DNA of 64,000 bases, taken from NCBI GenBank assembly GCA_963787105.1, contig CAWBBU010000010.1, positions 4,017 to 68,016 on the forward strand, written 5' to 3'. Position 1 is the first letter of the stretch. Every line of letters starts with the position of its first letter. The notes below the pieces were generated by a model. That model was not told where the DNA came from, searched no databases, and was given only the letters and a program-made list of their open reading frames with translations. The stretch comes from an uncultured Bacillota bacterium. GTDB taxonomy: Bacteria > Sysuimicrobiota > Sysuimicrobiia > Sysuimicrobiales > Segetimicrobiaceae. Shown piece after piece: positions 8,027-17,158 of this stretch. The translations under genes and the position numbers were made by a program.

Positions 8027-9201
8027 CTACCAGATGTGTATCGGTGCGTTGCTCCCTATGTCGCCCGTTACGCAACTAGGCTGTCCGTTCGGACCAATGA
8101 CGACGAAGTCCTCGACATGATACATCGGCCCCTGGCTGTGGAAAATGGATTCAACGGATAGCGCCATGCCGGGCTCCAAGACCAATTCCTCCATCGGGTG
8201 ACACCACGGGCGCTCATGCGCGCCGAGCCCGAGACCGTGAGCAATCATCCCCCAGGGCACTCTGCCCACCGCCGCGGTAAAGAGCCGAGACGCCGTGCTG
8301 AACCACTGCGCACCTGTCTGCCCGCCGGTCGTCGCCTGGATCAACGGCAGGTGCACTTCCGTGTATAATCGGCGGTATGTATCCTCTACGGCGCGGTTGG
8401 CGCGGCCAACGATTGCCATTCGAGCCATATCTGCCAGGTAGAGATCGAACCAGCCGAAGAAGTCGACACGTAGGACGTCCCCGGGTGTCAAATCGAGCGC
8501 GCACGGCGCGGACTCGAATACAGACACTGGCTTGCCGCTACGGAAGACCTCCATCTCGACGTGTCGGAGCTGACGCGCACCCAGGTGAGCCGTCAGGTAT
8601 CCTAGCCGATGAGCCAGTTGCTTGATTGGCTCACCAGGCCGCGCGCTTTCAAATGTCGCCACGGCCGCACGCGCGACTGTCTGTGCGGCCCGCGTCAGCA
8701 GGTCGAGCTCAGCGGGGGTCTTCACCATGCGCACGACCTCGAAAAAGATGCTACAGTCGACGAGCGTCGCTTGAGGAAGCATCCGGCCAAGTTCTAGGAA
8801 GTGCTCCGGCCGCATGTCCTGGTACTCAACACCGATCCTGCCCCGCGCCAATCCACGTTCACGGAGCGCATCGACAAGTGCCGGCACTGGGGATCGGTCA
8901 ACCCGTACGTATCCGGTCGCGTCACGTTCCGCGGGGTGCTCGCGCGCGTAGAAGTCGTACTGGCGGATGTCCTGACAAAACGTTGCACTTGCATCTCGAT
9001 AACTCGGGGCGACCCACGCGGGTTCACCGTTGCGGTCCAGACCGCGAAATACTGGCGTTCCTTCAGTATGGACTGTTCAGGGCCACGGTAGCCGGAGCAG
9101 TACGCTACATTCTCAACAGAAGACGCGACGACCGCATCAAAGGGCGCGTGGTGCCCTTCCGCGGGGTCAAGCCCCACCAGCCAGATGTCGCCTCGCTGCA
9201 T
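8027..9201 (-). pseudogene. M24 family metallopeptidase (Xaa-Pro aminopeptidase/creatinase-like), frameshifted near 8950 and carrying a mazF/pemK-derived start
   Basis: 8794..9201 encodes a creatinase-type N domain (FDAVVASSVENVAYCSGY). 8027..8887 encodes the pita-bread catalytic domain (DFFGWFDLYLADMARM, HGLGLGAHE, SVESIF). The frames join around QRFV/DIRQYDFYAREHP. The first 17 aa, MQRGDIWLVGLDPAEGH, are a PemK/MazF N-terminus. Confidence 0.7.
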
Positions 9202-9356
9202 CAGATCAACTCATTGCCCGCAGGCTTGCTCTCGAGCCATTCACGCTCTTCCTTGGTGCGCGCAGCCCTTGGGTGACACTGGGCGAGGAGTTCCTCCAAT
9301 GTATAACGTGGCTGCTTCCGGACCTCCACGACCACTCGCCCACGTTCAATTCCCAT
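9201..9356 (-). pseudogene. MazE/PemI-type antitoxin, C-terminal fragment
   Basis: MGIERGRVVVEVRKQPRYTLEELLAQCHPRAARTKEEREWLESKPAGNELI matches the C-terminal half of AbrB-fold MazE antitoxins. The N-terminal DNA-binding strand is absent. Its TGA overlaps the ATG of the mazF-like start (TGATG). Confidence 0.5.
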
Positions 9357-9468
9357 GCCTAAAATCTTACTATGAGCCGCATCGTTGGACGCTTCCGGTT
9401 CCCGAGGGCAACGTGGGCCTAAGATAAGGAGAATATAGCGAGCATTGCCGAACTGATAGAAGCCGTAC

Positions 9469-9545
9469 TGGTCGGGGAGGGGGGACTTGAACCCCCGGCC
9501 TCAGCGTCCCGAACGCTGCGCGCTACCAAGCTGCGCCACTCCCCG
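9469..9545 (-). tRNA. tRNA-Pro (anticodon CGG)
   Basis: Reverse complement CGGGGAGTGGCGCAGCTTGGTAGCGCGCAGCGTTCGGGACGCTGAGGCCGGGGGTTCAAGTCCCCCCTCCCCGACCA folds as a cloverleaf: 7-bp acceptor stem, anticodon loop UUCGGGA, GTTCAAGT T-loop and encoded CCA. Confidence 0.92.
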
Positions 9546-9555
9546 ACGCCGTCCC

Positions 9556-9584
9556 ATTGTAGCATCGGCGTTATGTGATGTCAT
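9556..9584 (-). promoter_or_regulatory. sigma70-type promoter of tRNA-Pro
   Basis: On the minus strand: ATGACA, 17-nt spacer, TACAAT. The -10 element ends 10 nt before the mature tRNA 5' end. Confidence 0.5.
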
Positions 9585-9787
9585 CCCTGCGTGACGAACG
9601 CCCAACGATTTCGCAAATGGGTTTGGGAAGCAGGCGCCCCAGGCTATTTTAGGGGCTTTTAGCGCCGAGCGCACTGAGGTGGTTTTTGGGTGCCGTCGCC
9701 GGCGGAGATCTGCCAGGAGTACCGTCGGTTGAGGCGCGTGATGGACACGCGCGCCCCTTGCCGGGGGGACCGTTGGAAACCGGCGAG

Positions 9788-11038
9788 CTACCCCGAGTCC
9801 AGCCCGGCGACGCTCACGCTCAGCTTCAAGTGCGCGGCCAGCGCGAGGAACGTGAGCCGGCGTACGCGGGTATGGCTCAGCACCTGCCGATGATAAAAGA
9901 CCAACATCAAGGTGTAGGCTAAGACCCGAATCATGGTCAGCACCACCAATGCATGGCCGTGCTGCTGGTGGACCGCCAGATGCTTGAGGCCACATTCCTT
10001 GCTCAAGGTCTGGAACACTTCCGTGTCGATCCGCCACCGGCTCCGTCCCCACGCCGCCACCTGCGCGAGCGATACGAGCCCCGGGGTGAGATTCGTCGCG
10101 AACACGTTGCGGTGGAGAGTCTCCTGCAACACGGTGCGGGAGCGCCGGCGCCCTTCATCGTGGACGATGGTCCGCCGCGGCCGCTGCACGCGCTCCACCG
10201 TTTTCACCACCCGGATCGCCCGCTGTGCCGCCGGCCAATACACTTCCGGCAGGTCCCAGTGCTGCGCTTCCCGCCGGGCCCCGGCCGTCAATTGCGGCGG
10301 CCGCTGCACCGTCAGCCGCTCGACTTCTGCCAGCAACTCGGCTTGGTTCTCCTTCACGGTACACACCCACGACCAGCCCCACGTTTCCATCTGTGTCACA
10401 AACGGCGTGCTCAAATAGAGCGCGTCGCCGACCAGCACATCGAGAAACCGGGGCCCCAGCGCGGCCACGAGCGTCTCCAGCAATGCGCGGGCGCACTCCA
10501 CTTCGCCTTCGCCCTTGCGCTGAAACCGCACGCCCAACGGGATGGGAAACGGCGTGCTCACCACCGCGACGACCACCACGCGATGATAGTATTGCGTTTC
10601 CCGATGCCCGTGCCGGTCCACGAGGCGCTCCTGACACCGGTCACAACAGCGCACGGAGGAATGGCCCAACTCGATGCCGTCCACCGCCGCGACGATCAGC
10701 CCGCCGGCCGTCGGCGTACGCAGCAGCCCATTGCGCTTGAGCTGTCGCGCGACCGCACACCCAAGCGCGAACACCTCGTCCGGCCCCATGCGGTCTAAGA
10801 CATAGCGCACCGTGTCTTCACTGAGCGCCCCGATGCGGCGGGCCAGGGCGCCCGCGCCGCATTCCCACTCCAGCTGATGCACACTGCCAATCTGCAGCAC
10901 GGCGCCCATGAACACGGCCTCAAAGACTTTGGCGCACGGATGCTGCGACCGCTGGCGGGTATCCCGCAGTCGACGCACGCGCGCCGACCAATCGAAGACC
11001 TTCTCGAGGTACCGCGCAAACGAGCGGTACCCGCCCAT
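9788..11038 (-). CDS. DDE transposase (IS4/IS701-like, DDE_Tnp_1 type)
   Basis: Start MGGYRSFARYLEK overlaps the upstream ORF stop (TAATG). DDE landmarks are VAAVDGIELGH, LVGDALYLSTPFV and the YREK-type tail RWRIDTEVFQTLSKECGLKH. The track ORF 9788..11164 only adds a GC-rich N-terminal extension. Confidence 0.8.
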   Translation of the reverse strand: MGGYRSFARYLEKVFDWSARVRRLRDTRQRSQHPCAKVFEAVFMGAVLQIGSVHQLEWECGAGALARRIGALSEDTVRYVLDRMGPDEVFALGCAVARQLKRNGLLRTPTAGGLIVAAVDGIELGHSSVRCCDRCQERLVDRHGHRETQYYHRVVVVAVVSTPFPIPLGVRFQRKGEGEVECARALLETLVAALGPRFLDVLVGDALYLSTPFVTQMETWGWSWVCTVKENQAELLAEVERLTVQRPPQLTAGARREAQHWDLPEVYWPAAQRAIRVVKTVERVQRPRRTIVHDEGRRRSRTVLQETLHRNVFATNLTPGLVSLAQVAAWGRSRWRIDTEVFQTLSKECGLKHLAVHQQHGHALVVLTMIRVLAYTLMLVFYHRQVLSHTRVRRLTFLALAAHLKLSVSVAGLDSG

Positions 11039-11373
11039 TACGGCGGCGGCTCCTTCGCCGTGTTCCGGCGGACAAACTCGCGCACATTCAATTGACAGAT
11101 CTGCCCCAGCAGCGCCTGCGCGCGTTTGTGCATGGCGACCCGCTCGCGCACATACGCCGCCCACGCCGCCGGGACGTGGATCGCTTGGGGCTTCCCATCA
11201 ATCAGCAGCGACAAGCGGAAGCCATGATGCAGATGCACGCCATCCGCACACCGGCAATTGGGTTTGCCGCACCGGAAGTGCCGCTCGACGAATGAGCCGG
11301 GCAGCATCTCCCGCAACTCGCTCAGCTGCCGCACGAGATCGCCGCGCCGCTGCTTCGCCGGATCCCCCCGCAC
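11038..11373 (-). CDS. IS accessory protein with CGKPNCRC motif (DUF6788-like, from memory)
   Basis: 111-aa ORF immediately upstream of and overlapping the transposase start. Contains FRCGKPNCRCADG followed by HGFRLSLLIDGK. The family name is recalled, not verified. Confidence 0.55.
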   Translation of the reverse strand: MRGDPAKQRRGDLVRQLSELREMLPGSFVERHFRCGKPNCRCADGVHLHHGFRLSLLIDGKPQAIHVPAAWAAYVRERVAMHKRAQALLGQICQLNVREFVRRNTAKEPPP

Positions 11374-11561
11374 CGCGTCCCTCCGGTGGTGGATGCCCGT
11401 GTCTATCTGCTCCTAATAATAGGGTCAGATTCCCCTCTTGTCTAGTCCCCGCCGCAATTTGCAAAAATGACCATTCGGGAGAGAAACGCGGAAAGCCCCT
11501 CATCTCGGGGCTCTCCGCTTACCTACTGGCCTTACTTACGAAATCGCTGTAGTGCGGTGTA

Positions 11562-12985
11562 GTAGGCCAATGAATCTGTCACCGGCTAACGGGCCAATGA
11601 ATCTGTCACCCTGGGATCATGACCAGGGAGATGATCGTCATGAGCAAGAGAGAACAACACCGCGTACACGTGCTTACCCAGGTGCAACACGGGCGGCTTC
11701 ACGCTCCGGCGGCGGCCCAACTCCTCGGGCTCTCTCTGCGCCACCTCCGCCGGCTCTTGGCTCGGCTGCGTCAGCAAGGTCTCGGGGCGCTTACCCATGG
11801 GAACCGCGGTCGTCCCTCGCCGCGGCGCCTCAAAGAAGCGATCCGCAGCCGGGTGCTCACCCTCGCGCGCACGACCTATGCCGGTTTCAACGATCATCAC
11901 TTCACGGAAATGCTTGTGCGGCACGAAAGCCTGAAGCTGTCGCGCCGGACGGTCCAGCGTCTGCTCCGCGCCGCCGGGCTTGGCAGCCCACGCACCCGAC
12001 GCCCGCCCCGCCATCGGCGCCGGCGCGAACGGATGCCGCAAGCCGGCCTCCTCGTCCAGATGGACGGCAGCCACCATCCCTGGCTGGAGGACCGCGGACC
12101 CCGCTTGGTCCTCCTCGCAGCCATTGATGATGCGACCGGACGCGTCGTCGGGGCCATCTTCCGGCTCGAGGAGGACACGCACGGCTATCTGCTCCTCCTC
12201 CGCCAGCTCCTGCGCCGCTATGGCATCCCCGGGGCCATCTATACCGATCGCAACAGCATCTTTCGCGCGCCGACGCGGATGGAGCCCACACTGCAGGAGC
12301 AACTCGAGGGCCAGCGCGATCACACGCAGGTCGGCCGCGCGCTGACGGAACTGGGCATTCGGTGGATAGCAGCTCAATCGCCGCAGGCCAAGGGTCGTAT
12401 AGAACGGCTCTTTGGCACCTTTCAAGACCGCCTCGTCGCGGAACTCCGCCTCGCCCGCGCGTGCACCCTTACCGACGCGCAGCGCATCGTGGACCGCTTT
12501 CTCCCGCGCTACAATGCCCGCTTCGCACGCCGTCCTGCGGATCCCACGTCCGCCTGGCAGCTTGTCCCCGACGCGGCGACGCTCGAATCTATCTGCTGCC
12601 TCAAATCCCGGCGGACGGTCGCCAACGACAACACCGTACAGGTGGGAGATCGGCTGCTCCATCTCCGTCCCGGTCCCAGCGGCCGGAGCTATGCGCAGGC
12701 CCGCGTCGATGTCCACACGCGCCTCGATGGTACGCTTGCCGTCTATTATCAGGGCCAGCGCCTCACCGTGCGCCTCGGACGGCGGTCCGCGCGACCCACT
12801 CCCCCGCACACTCTCCGCGGCCGCACGCCACTACCCGCTCCTGCCATCCCCAAACCGCCCTCTGCGGTCGCCCCTCCCGCCACGCATCCATGGCGACGGT
12901 TTGGCTCGTTTGCCCGACGAAAGGAACCGCAAGACCCAGGGTGACATTTTCACAAACCGTTAGGGTGACAGGATCACTGGCCTAC
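11562..12985 (+). mobile_element. IS element with integrase-core (rve) transposase, ISNCY/IS481-like
   Basis: The terminal inverted repeat GTAGGCCAATGAATCTGTCACC (left) matches rc GTAGGCCAGTGATCCTGTCACC (right). Each end also has a second subterminal copy of ...TGTCACCCTGGG. Starts about 12 bp after the right end of the neighbouring IS. Confidence 0.75.
11619..12944 (+). CDS. IS transposase (HTH plus rve integrase catalytic core)
   Basis: 441 aa. N-terminal HTH (AAAQLLGLSLRHLRRLLARLRQQG). DDE core LVQMDGSHHPW ... AIYTDRNSIF ... QAKGRIERLFGTFQDRL. Confidence 0.85.
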   Translation: MTREMIVMSKREQHRVHVLTQVQHGRLHAPAAAQLLGLSLRHLRRLLARLRQQGLGALTHGNRGRPSPRRLKEAIRSRVLTLARTTYAGFNDHHFTEMLVRHESLKLSRRTVQRLLRAAGLGSPRTRRPPRHRRRRERMPQAGLLVQMDGSHHPWLEDRGPRLVLLAAIDDATGRVVGAIFRLEEDTHGYLLLLRQLLRRYGIPGAIYTDRNSIFRAPTRMEPTLQEQLEGQRDHTQVGRALTELGIRWIAAQSPQAKGRIERLFGTFQDRLVAELRLARACTLTDAQRIVDRFLPRYNARFARRPADPTSAWQLVPDAATLESICCLKSRRTVANDNTVQVGDRLLHLRPGPSGRSYAQARVDVHTRLDGTLAVYYQGQRLTVRLGRRSARPTPPHTLRGRTPLPAPAIPKPPSAVAPPATHPWRRFGSFARRKEPQDPG

Positions 12986-13029
12986 GACAGGGCCCGGGGG
13001 GGCCCGAGGGGCCGCGCGGCTCCGGAAGC

Positions 13030-13788
13030 CTATCGCACGGCGGCCCGGACGATCGCGGCGAACGCGGCGGCGTTCAGGCTGGCACCCCCGACGAGCGCCC
13101 CATCGATCTCCGGCTGACCAAGAAATTCCGCGGTATTGTCCGGCTTCACGCTGCCGCCGTACAGCACCCGCACTGCCCGGGCCGCATCCGCGCCGCCGGC
13201 CGCCGTAAGACGGTCCCGAATCAGCGTCGCAATCTCGTCGGCCTCGGGCCCGGCGGGCGTGCGGCCGGTGCCGATCGCCCAGACCGGTTCGTATGCGATC
13301 ACCAACCGCGCCACCGCGCCCGCGGGAACGAGTCCGAGCACAGCCCCGAGCTGCCTCGAGATCACGGCGGCGGCCTCCCCCCGCTCGCGCTCGGCGAGAA
13401 CCTCGCCGACGCAGACGATCGGCGTCAGCGCGTGTGCGAGCGCGGCCGCCGTCTTGCGCGCCACCTGCTCGTCCGTCTCGCCGAACAGGAGCCTCCGCTC
13501 CGAGTGTCCGAGAATCACGACCCGGCAGCCCAGGTCCACGAGCATCGGCGCGCTGATCTCGCCGGTGTACGCGCCCTGCGCCTCCCAATGCATGGTCTGC
13601 GCGCCGAGCAGGACCCGGCTCCCTTCAAGTGCCCGGCTCACCGCGTCGAGCGCGGTCGCGGGCGGACACAGCGCGACGTCCACACCGGACACGTCCCGCA
13701 CCAGCGACACGACCTCGCGCGCGAGGCTGACGGCCGGCCCCCGCTCGAGATGCATCTTCCAATTTCCGGCGATCAGCGGTGTCCGCAC
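13030..13788 (-). CDS. tpiA: triose-phosphate isomerase
   Basis: MRTPLIAGNWKMH..., ILGHSERR, AYEPVWAIGTG and LYGGSV motifs. Last gene of gap-pgk-tpiA. Confidence 0.95.
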   Translation of the reverse strand: MRTPLIAGNWKMHLERGPAVSLAREVVSLVRDVSGVDVALCPPATALDAVSRALEGSRVLLGAQTMHWEAQGAYTGEISAPMLVDLGCRVVILGHSERRLLFGETDEQVARKTAAALAHALTPIVCVGEVLAERERGEAAAVISRQLGAVLGLVPAGAVARLVIAYEPVWAIGTGRTPAGPEADEIATLIRDRLTAAGGADAARAVRVLYGGSVKPDNTAEFLGQPEIDGALVGGASLNAAAFAAIVRAAVR

Positions 13789-13791
13789 GGC

Positions 13792-14973
13792 CTACGCGTC
13801 CTGGAGGACCGCGACGCCCGGGAGCGTCTTGCCCTCCATGAATTCCAGCGACGCGCCGCCGCCGGTGCTGACGTGGGTCATCTTGTCGGCGTAGCCAAAC
13901 GCCTCGACCGCCGCTCCGGTGTCGCCGCCCCCGACGATGGACTCGCCGGGCGATTCGGCGACCGCCTTCGCGATCGCGCGCGTCCCCTCGGCAAACGCGG
14001 GAATTTCGAAGACTCCCATCGGCCCGTTCCACAGCACCGATCCGGCGCGCGCAATCGGCGCGCTGAACGCGGCGATGGTCCGGGGTCCGATATCCACGCC
14101 GGCCCAGCCGGCCGGGATCGCCCGCGCGTCGACCGTGCGGGTGGCCGCCCCCGCCTCGATGCGCTGCACCGCCACCACGTCAACGGGCAGCAGCAGCTCA
14201 ATCCCGCGCCGCTTCGCGTCCTCCATCAGGCTCCGGGCAAGATCCAGCCGATCGACTTCGCACAGCGATGAGCCGATCTCGGCCCCGGTCGCCCGCAGAA
14301 ACGTGTAGCACATCCCGCCGCCGATCAGCATGGTCTGCGCGAGCCGGAGCAGATTTTGGATCACGCCGATCTTGTCGCTGACCTTCGCTCCGCCGAGGAT
14401 CACGACAAGCGGAGGCCGGGGCTGTTCGAGCACCCGTCCGAGGAATTGCAGCTCGCGCTCCATCAGGAGGCCCGCGACGGCCGGCAGGAACGCCGCGATT
14501 CCGACGGTGCTGGCATGGGCGCGGTGCGCCGTGCCGAACGCGTCGTTCACGTACACGTCGGCCAGCGACGCGAGCTGGCGCGCGAACGCGGGGTCGTTCG
14601 CCTCTTCCTCCCGATGAAAGCGAAGGTTTTCGAGCAGCACCACGTCGCCCGGCTTCATCGCGGCCACCGCCTGCTGCACGGCCGGCCCCACGCAGTCATC
14701 CAGCATCCGCACCGGTTTGCCCAGCAGCTCGCTGAGGTGCGCGGCGACCGGGGCCAGCCGCAGCGCGTCGTCCACCCCTTTCGGCCGCCCGAGGTGTGAC
14801 GCGAGGATCACGGCCGCGCCGTGGTCGAGCAGGTACCGGATCGTCGGAAGGGAGGCCACGATCCGGTGGTCGTCCGTGATGTGCCCGTGATCCAGCGGCA
14901 CGTTAAAATCCACGCGGACGAAGACCCGACGTCCGCGGACGTCGATGTCGCGGATGGTCTTCTTCCGCATCAC
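13792..14973 (-). CDS. pgk: phosphoglycerate kinase
   Basis: 393 aa with [38 protein letters not shown] and STGGGASLE. Confidence 0.95.
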   Translation of the reverse strand: MMRKKTIRDIDVRGRRVFVRVDFNVPLDHGHITDDHRIVASLPTIRYLLDHGAAVILASHLGRPKGVDDALRLAPVAAHLSELLGKPVRMLDDCVGPAVQQAVAAMKPGDVVLLENLRFHREEEANDPAFARQLASLADVYVNDAFGTAHRAHASTVGIAAFLPAVAGLLMERELQFLGRVLEQPRPPLVVILGGAKVSDKIGVIQNLLRLAQTMLIGGGMCYTFLRATGAEIGSSLCEVDRLDLARSLMEDAKRRGIELLLPVDVVAVQRIEAGAATRTVDARAIPAGWAGVDIGPRTIAAFSAPIARAGSVLWNGPMGVFEIPAFAEGTRAIAKAVAESPGESIVGGGDTGAAVEAFGYADKMTHVSTGGGASLEFMEGKTLPGVAVLQDA

Positions 14974-15974
14974 ACGCCGCGCTCGATCAGATAGGTCGCC
15001 AGGTCAACGACGCGGCACGAGTATCCCCACTCGTTGTCGTACCAGGACAGCACCTTGGCCATGTCGCCGGACGCCATCGTCGACAAGGCGTCGATGATTC
15101 CGCTGCGCGGGTCACCCTTGTAGTCCGTCGACACGAGCGGTTCCTCGGAGTAGCCGAGATACCCCTTGAGCTCGCCGTCCGCCGCCTGCTTGAACGCCCG
15201 ATTGATCTCCTCCGCGCTCGCCGGCTTCTCGAGCGAGACCGTCAGGTCCACGAGCGACACCGTGGGCGTCGGGATCCGCAGCGCCAAGCCGTTCATCCGG
15301 CCCTTGAGTTCGGGCAGCACGAGCGAAATCGCCTTCGCGGCGCCCGTCGTCGTCGGAATGATGTTCAGCGCGGCGGCGCGCGCCCGCCGCAGGTCCTTGT
15401 GTACCACGTCGAGGACCACTTGGTCGTTGGTGTACGAATGCACGGTGTTCATCAGGCCCTGACGGATTCCGAACGACTGGGAAAGCACCTTCGCGGTCAC
15501 CGAGAGACAATTGGTCGTGCACGAGCCGTTGCTGATGATCCGGTGCTTCGCCGGATCGTACGTGGTGTGGTTGACGCCCATATTGACGGTCAGGTCCTCC
15601 CCCGTCGCCGGCGCGCTGATCAGGACGCGCTTCGCGCCCCCGGTCAGGTGGCCCGCCGCCTTGGCCGCCTCCGTGAATATGCCGGTAGACTCGATGACGA
15701 GGTCCACCCCGAGATCGCGCCACGGCAGCTTCGCCGGGTCGCGCTCGGACAACACGGCGATCGTGCGTCCGTCGACCACGATCGCGCGATCGCGCGCCTC
15801 GACGGTCCCGGGAAACGCTCCGTAGGCGCTGTCGTGCTTGAACAAATGGGCGTTGGTGCGGACGTCCGCCAGGTCGTTCACCGCCACGATCTCCAGCTTC
15901 GGCGCGCGCTCGAAACACGCCCGCAGGGTCTGCCTGCCGATTCGACCGAACCCGTTGATGCCGATCCGCGCCAT
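14970..15974 (-). CDS. gap: type I glyceraldehyde-3-phosphate dehydrogenase
   Basis: [14 protein letters not shown], active site [10 protein letters not shown], and WYDNEWGYS near the C-terminus. Confidence 0.95.
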   Translation of the reverse strand: MARIGINGFGRIGRQTLRACFERAPKLEIVAVNDLADVRTNAHLFKHDSAYGAFPGTVEARDRAIVVDGRTIAVLSERDPAKLPWRDLGVDLVIESTGIFTEAAKAAGHLTGGAKRVLISAPATGEDLTVNMGVNHTTYDPAKHRIISNGSCTTNCLSVTAKVLSQSFGIRQGLMNTVHSYTNDQVVLDVVHKDLRRARAAALNIIPTTTGAAKAISLVLPELKGRMNGLALRIPTPTVSLVDLTVSLEKPASAEEINRAFKQAADGELKGYLGYSEEPLVSTDYKGDPRSGIIDALSTMASGDMAKVLSWYDNEWGYSCRVVDLATYLIERGV

Positions 15975-16043
15975 CTCCCGCCTCCTTGTTCTTCCCGCGC
16001 CGACGCGCTGAACGATCCGCCCTGCCCGACGAGTCCCTCCCGC

Positions 16044-16409
16044 CTACGTCTCACCCGCCTCGATCGGGCGCGTGCGCCAAATCAACCCGATCAGGTCGCG
16101 CCGGATGAAGCCGATGTTGTTGAAGATACGAATGCTGAACGCCACGACGGCCCCGAGGTAGATGTCGAGGCCGAGCAGATCGCCGAGCGCCGTCAAGAGC
16201 GCCGCGAACAGCGTGTTCACGATAAACCCGGACAGAAACACGCGGAGATCGAACCGCCCCGCGACCTGGGCGCGCATCCCGCCGAGCAGCGTGTCGACCG
16301 CCGCGAGGATCGCGATCGCGCTGTATTTCACGTACGTCAGCGGCACCTGGACGCTGACGAGCAGGCCGAGGGCCAAGCCGGCCGCGAGCCCCAGAATCGG
16401 CAACCACAT
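16044..16409 (-). CDS. sbp: small basic protein Sbp (DUF1290)
   Basis: ATG at 16407-16409 lies 5 nt after GGAGGGTAA. MWLPILGLAAGLALGLLVSVQVPLTYVKYSAIAILAAVDTLLGG is typical Sbp. In the track it is fused to the upstream gene only because of a frameshift there. Confidence 0.8.
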   Translation of the reverse strand: MWLPILGLAAGLALGLLVSVQVPLTYVKYSAIAILAAVDTLLGGMRAQVAGRFDLRVFLSGFIVNTLFAALLTALGDLLGLDIYLGAVVAFSIRIFNNIGFIRRDLIGLIWRTRPIEAGET

Positions 16410-16414
16410 CGTGC

Positions 16415-17144
16415 TTACCCTCCTTTGTCCACCGGCCGAGCGAACTGGTGCACGAAGGTCCCCGTGTACGCCGGCAGCCGGATCGTCGCGCTCCATCTCC
16501 ACTGTGACCGGAAAGTCGAACGCCCGCAACTCGTCGAGAATCCCGCCCCGCGCCGTCACGGCCGCATTGAGCACCGCCGGGTCGCCGATGGCTTCGATCC
16601 GGTACGGCGGCGCGAGTCGCCGGGTGTTGCACAGAATCGTCGTCCCGACGCACGAGATCCCGGTCGTGCCGGCGATGCGGTCCTGGTTCACCGCCACCGC
16701 GTCGGCGCCGGCCGCGAACAGCGTCGCCACAACCGCGTGCACGTCGGAGTAGTGGATCAGCACCAGATTCGGATCCTCGCCGGGCCGGAGGCGACGGTCG
16801 CTGTCCGTGATCGTCACCCGCACCCCAGGGCCGGAGACGGGGGTCAGCCCGGCGAGGGCCCGCAGCCGGGCCAACTCCGGGGCCAGCGCAGCGGTCGCCT
16901 GGCGCCCGGCGGCGGCCCGCAGCTCTTCGTCGGCGATCTCCTGACGCAGCGAGACGAGCTGATCCCTCAGCACCGCGTCCTCGCGCTCCGCCTGGCGGTA
17001 CCGGTACGCGACCTCACCGAGCCTGCCGGAAGGCACCTGAAGGCCCGTCTCAATCGAGTGTTCGGTGCGCACCTGCACGACCAGCGCAAACCCCACGGCG
17101 ACCGCGACCGCGCAGAGCAGCACCTGCCAGGGATGCACGCGCAT
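16415..17144 (-). pseudogene. DUF881 domain protein (division-associated), 1-nt frameshift near 16485
   Basis: MRVHPWQVLLCAVAVAVGFALVV (TM), a coiled-coil region, then GPGVRVTITD...HYSDVHAVVATLFAAGADAVAVNQDRI...YRIEAIGDP. After the indel the natural C-terminus IRLPAYTGTFVHQFARPVDKGG* appears in the adjacent frame (TAA 16415-16417). Confidence 0.75.
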
Positions 17145-17158
17145 GATGCGTCCCGCCG

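Larger units (their letters stand above)
9603..11549 (-). mobile_element. IS element with two ORFs (small Cys-motif ORF plus DDE transposase)
   Basis: Imperfect ~60-bp terminal inverted repeats: left CAACGATTTCGCAAATGGG...GCCCCAGGCTATTTTAGGGGCTTT, and right (rc) CAGCGATTTCGTAAGTAAGG...GCCCCGAGATGAGGGGCTTT. They enclose ORFs 11038..11373 and 9788..11038. No target duplication identified. Confidence 0.6.
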
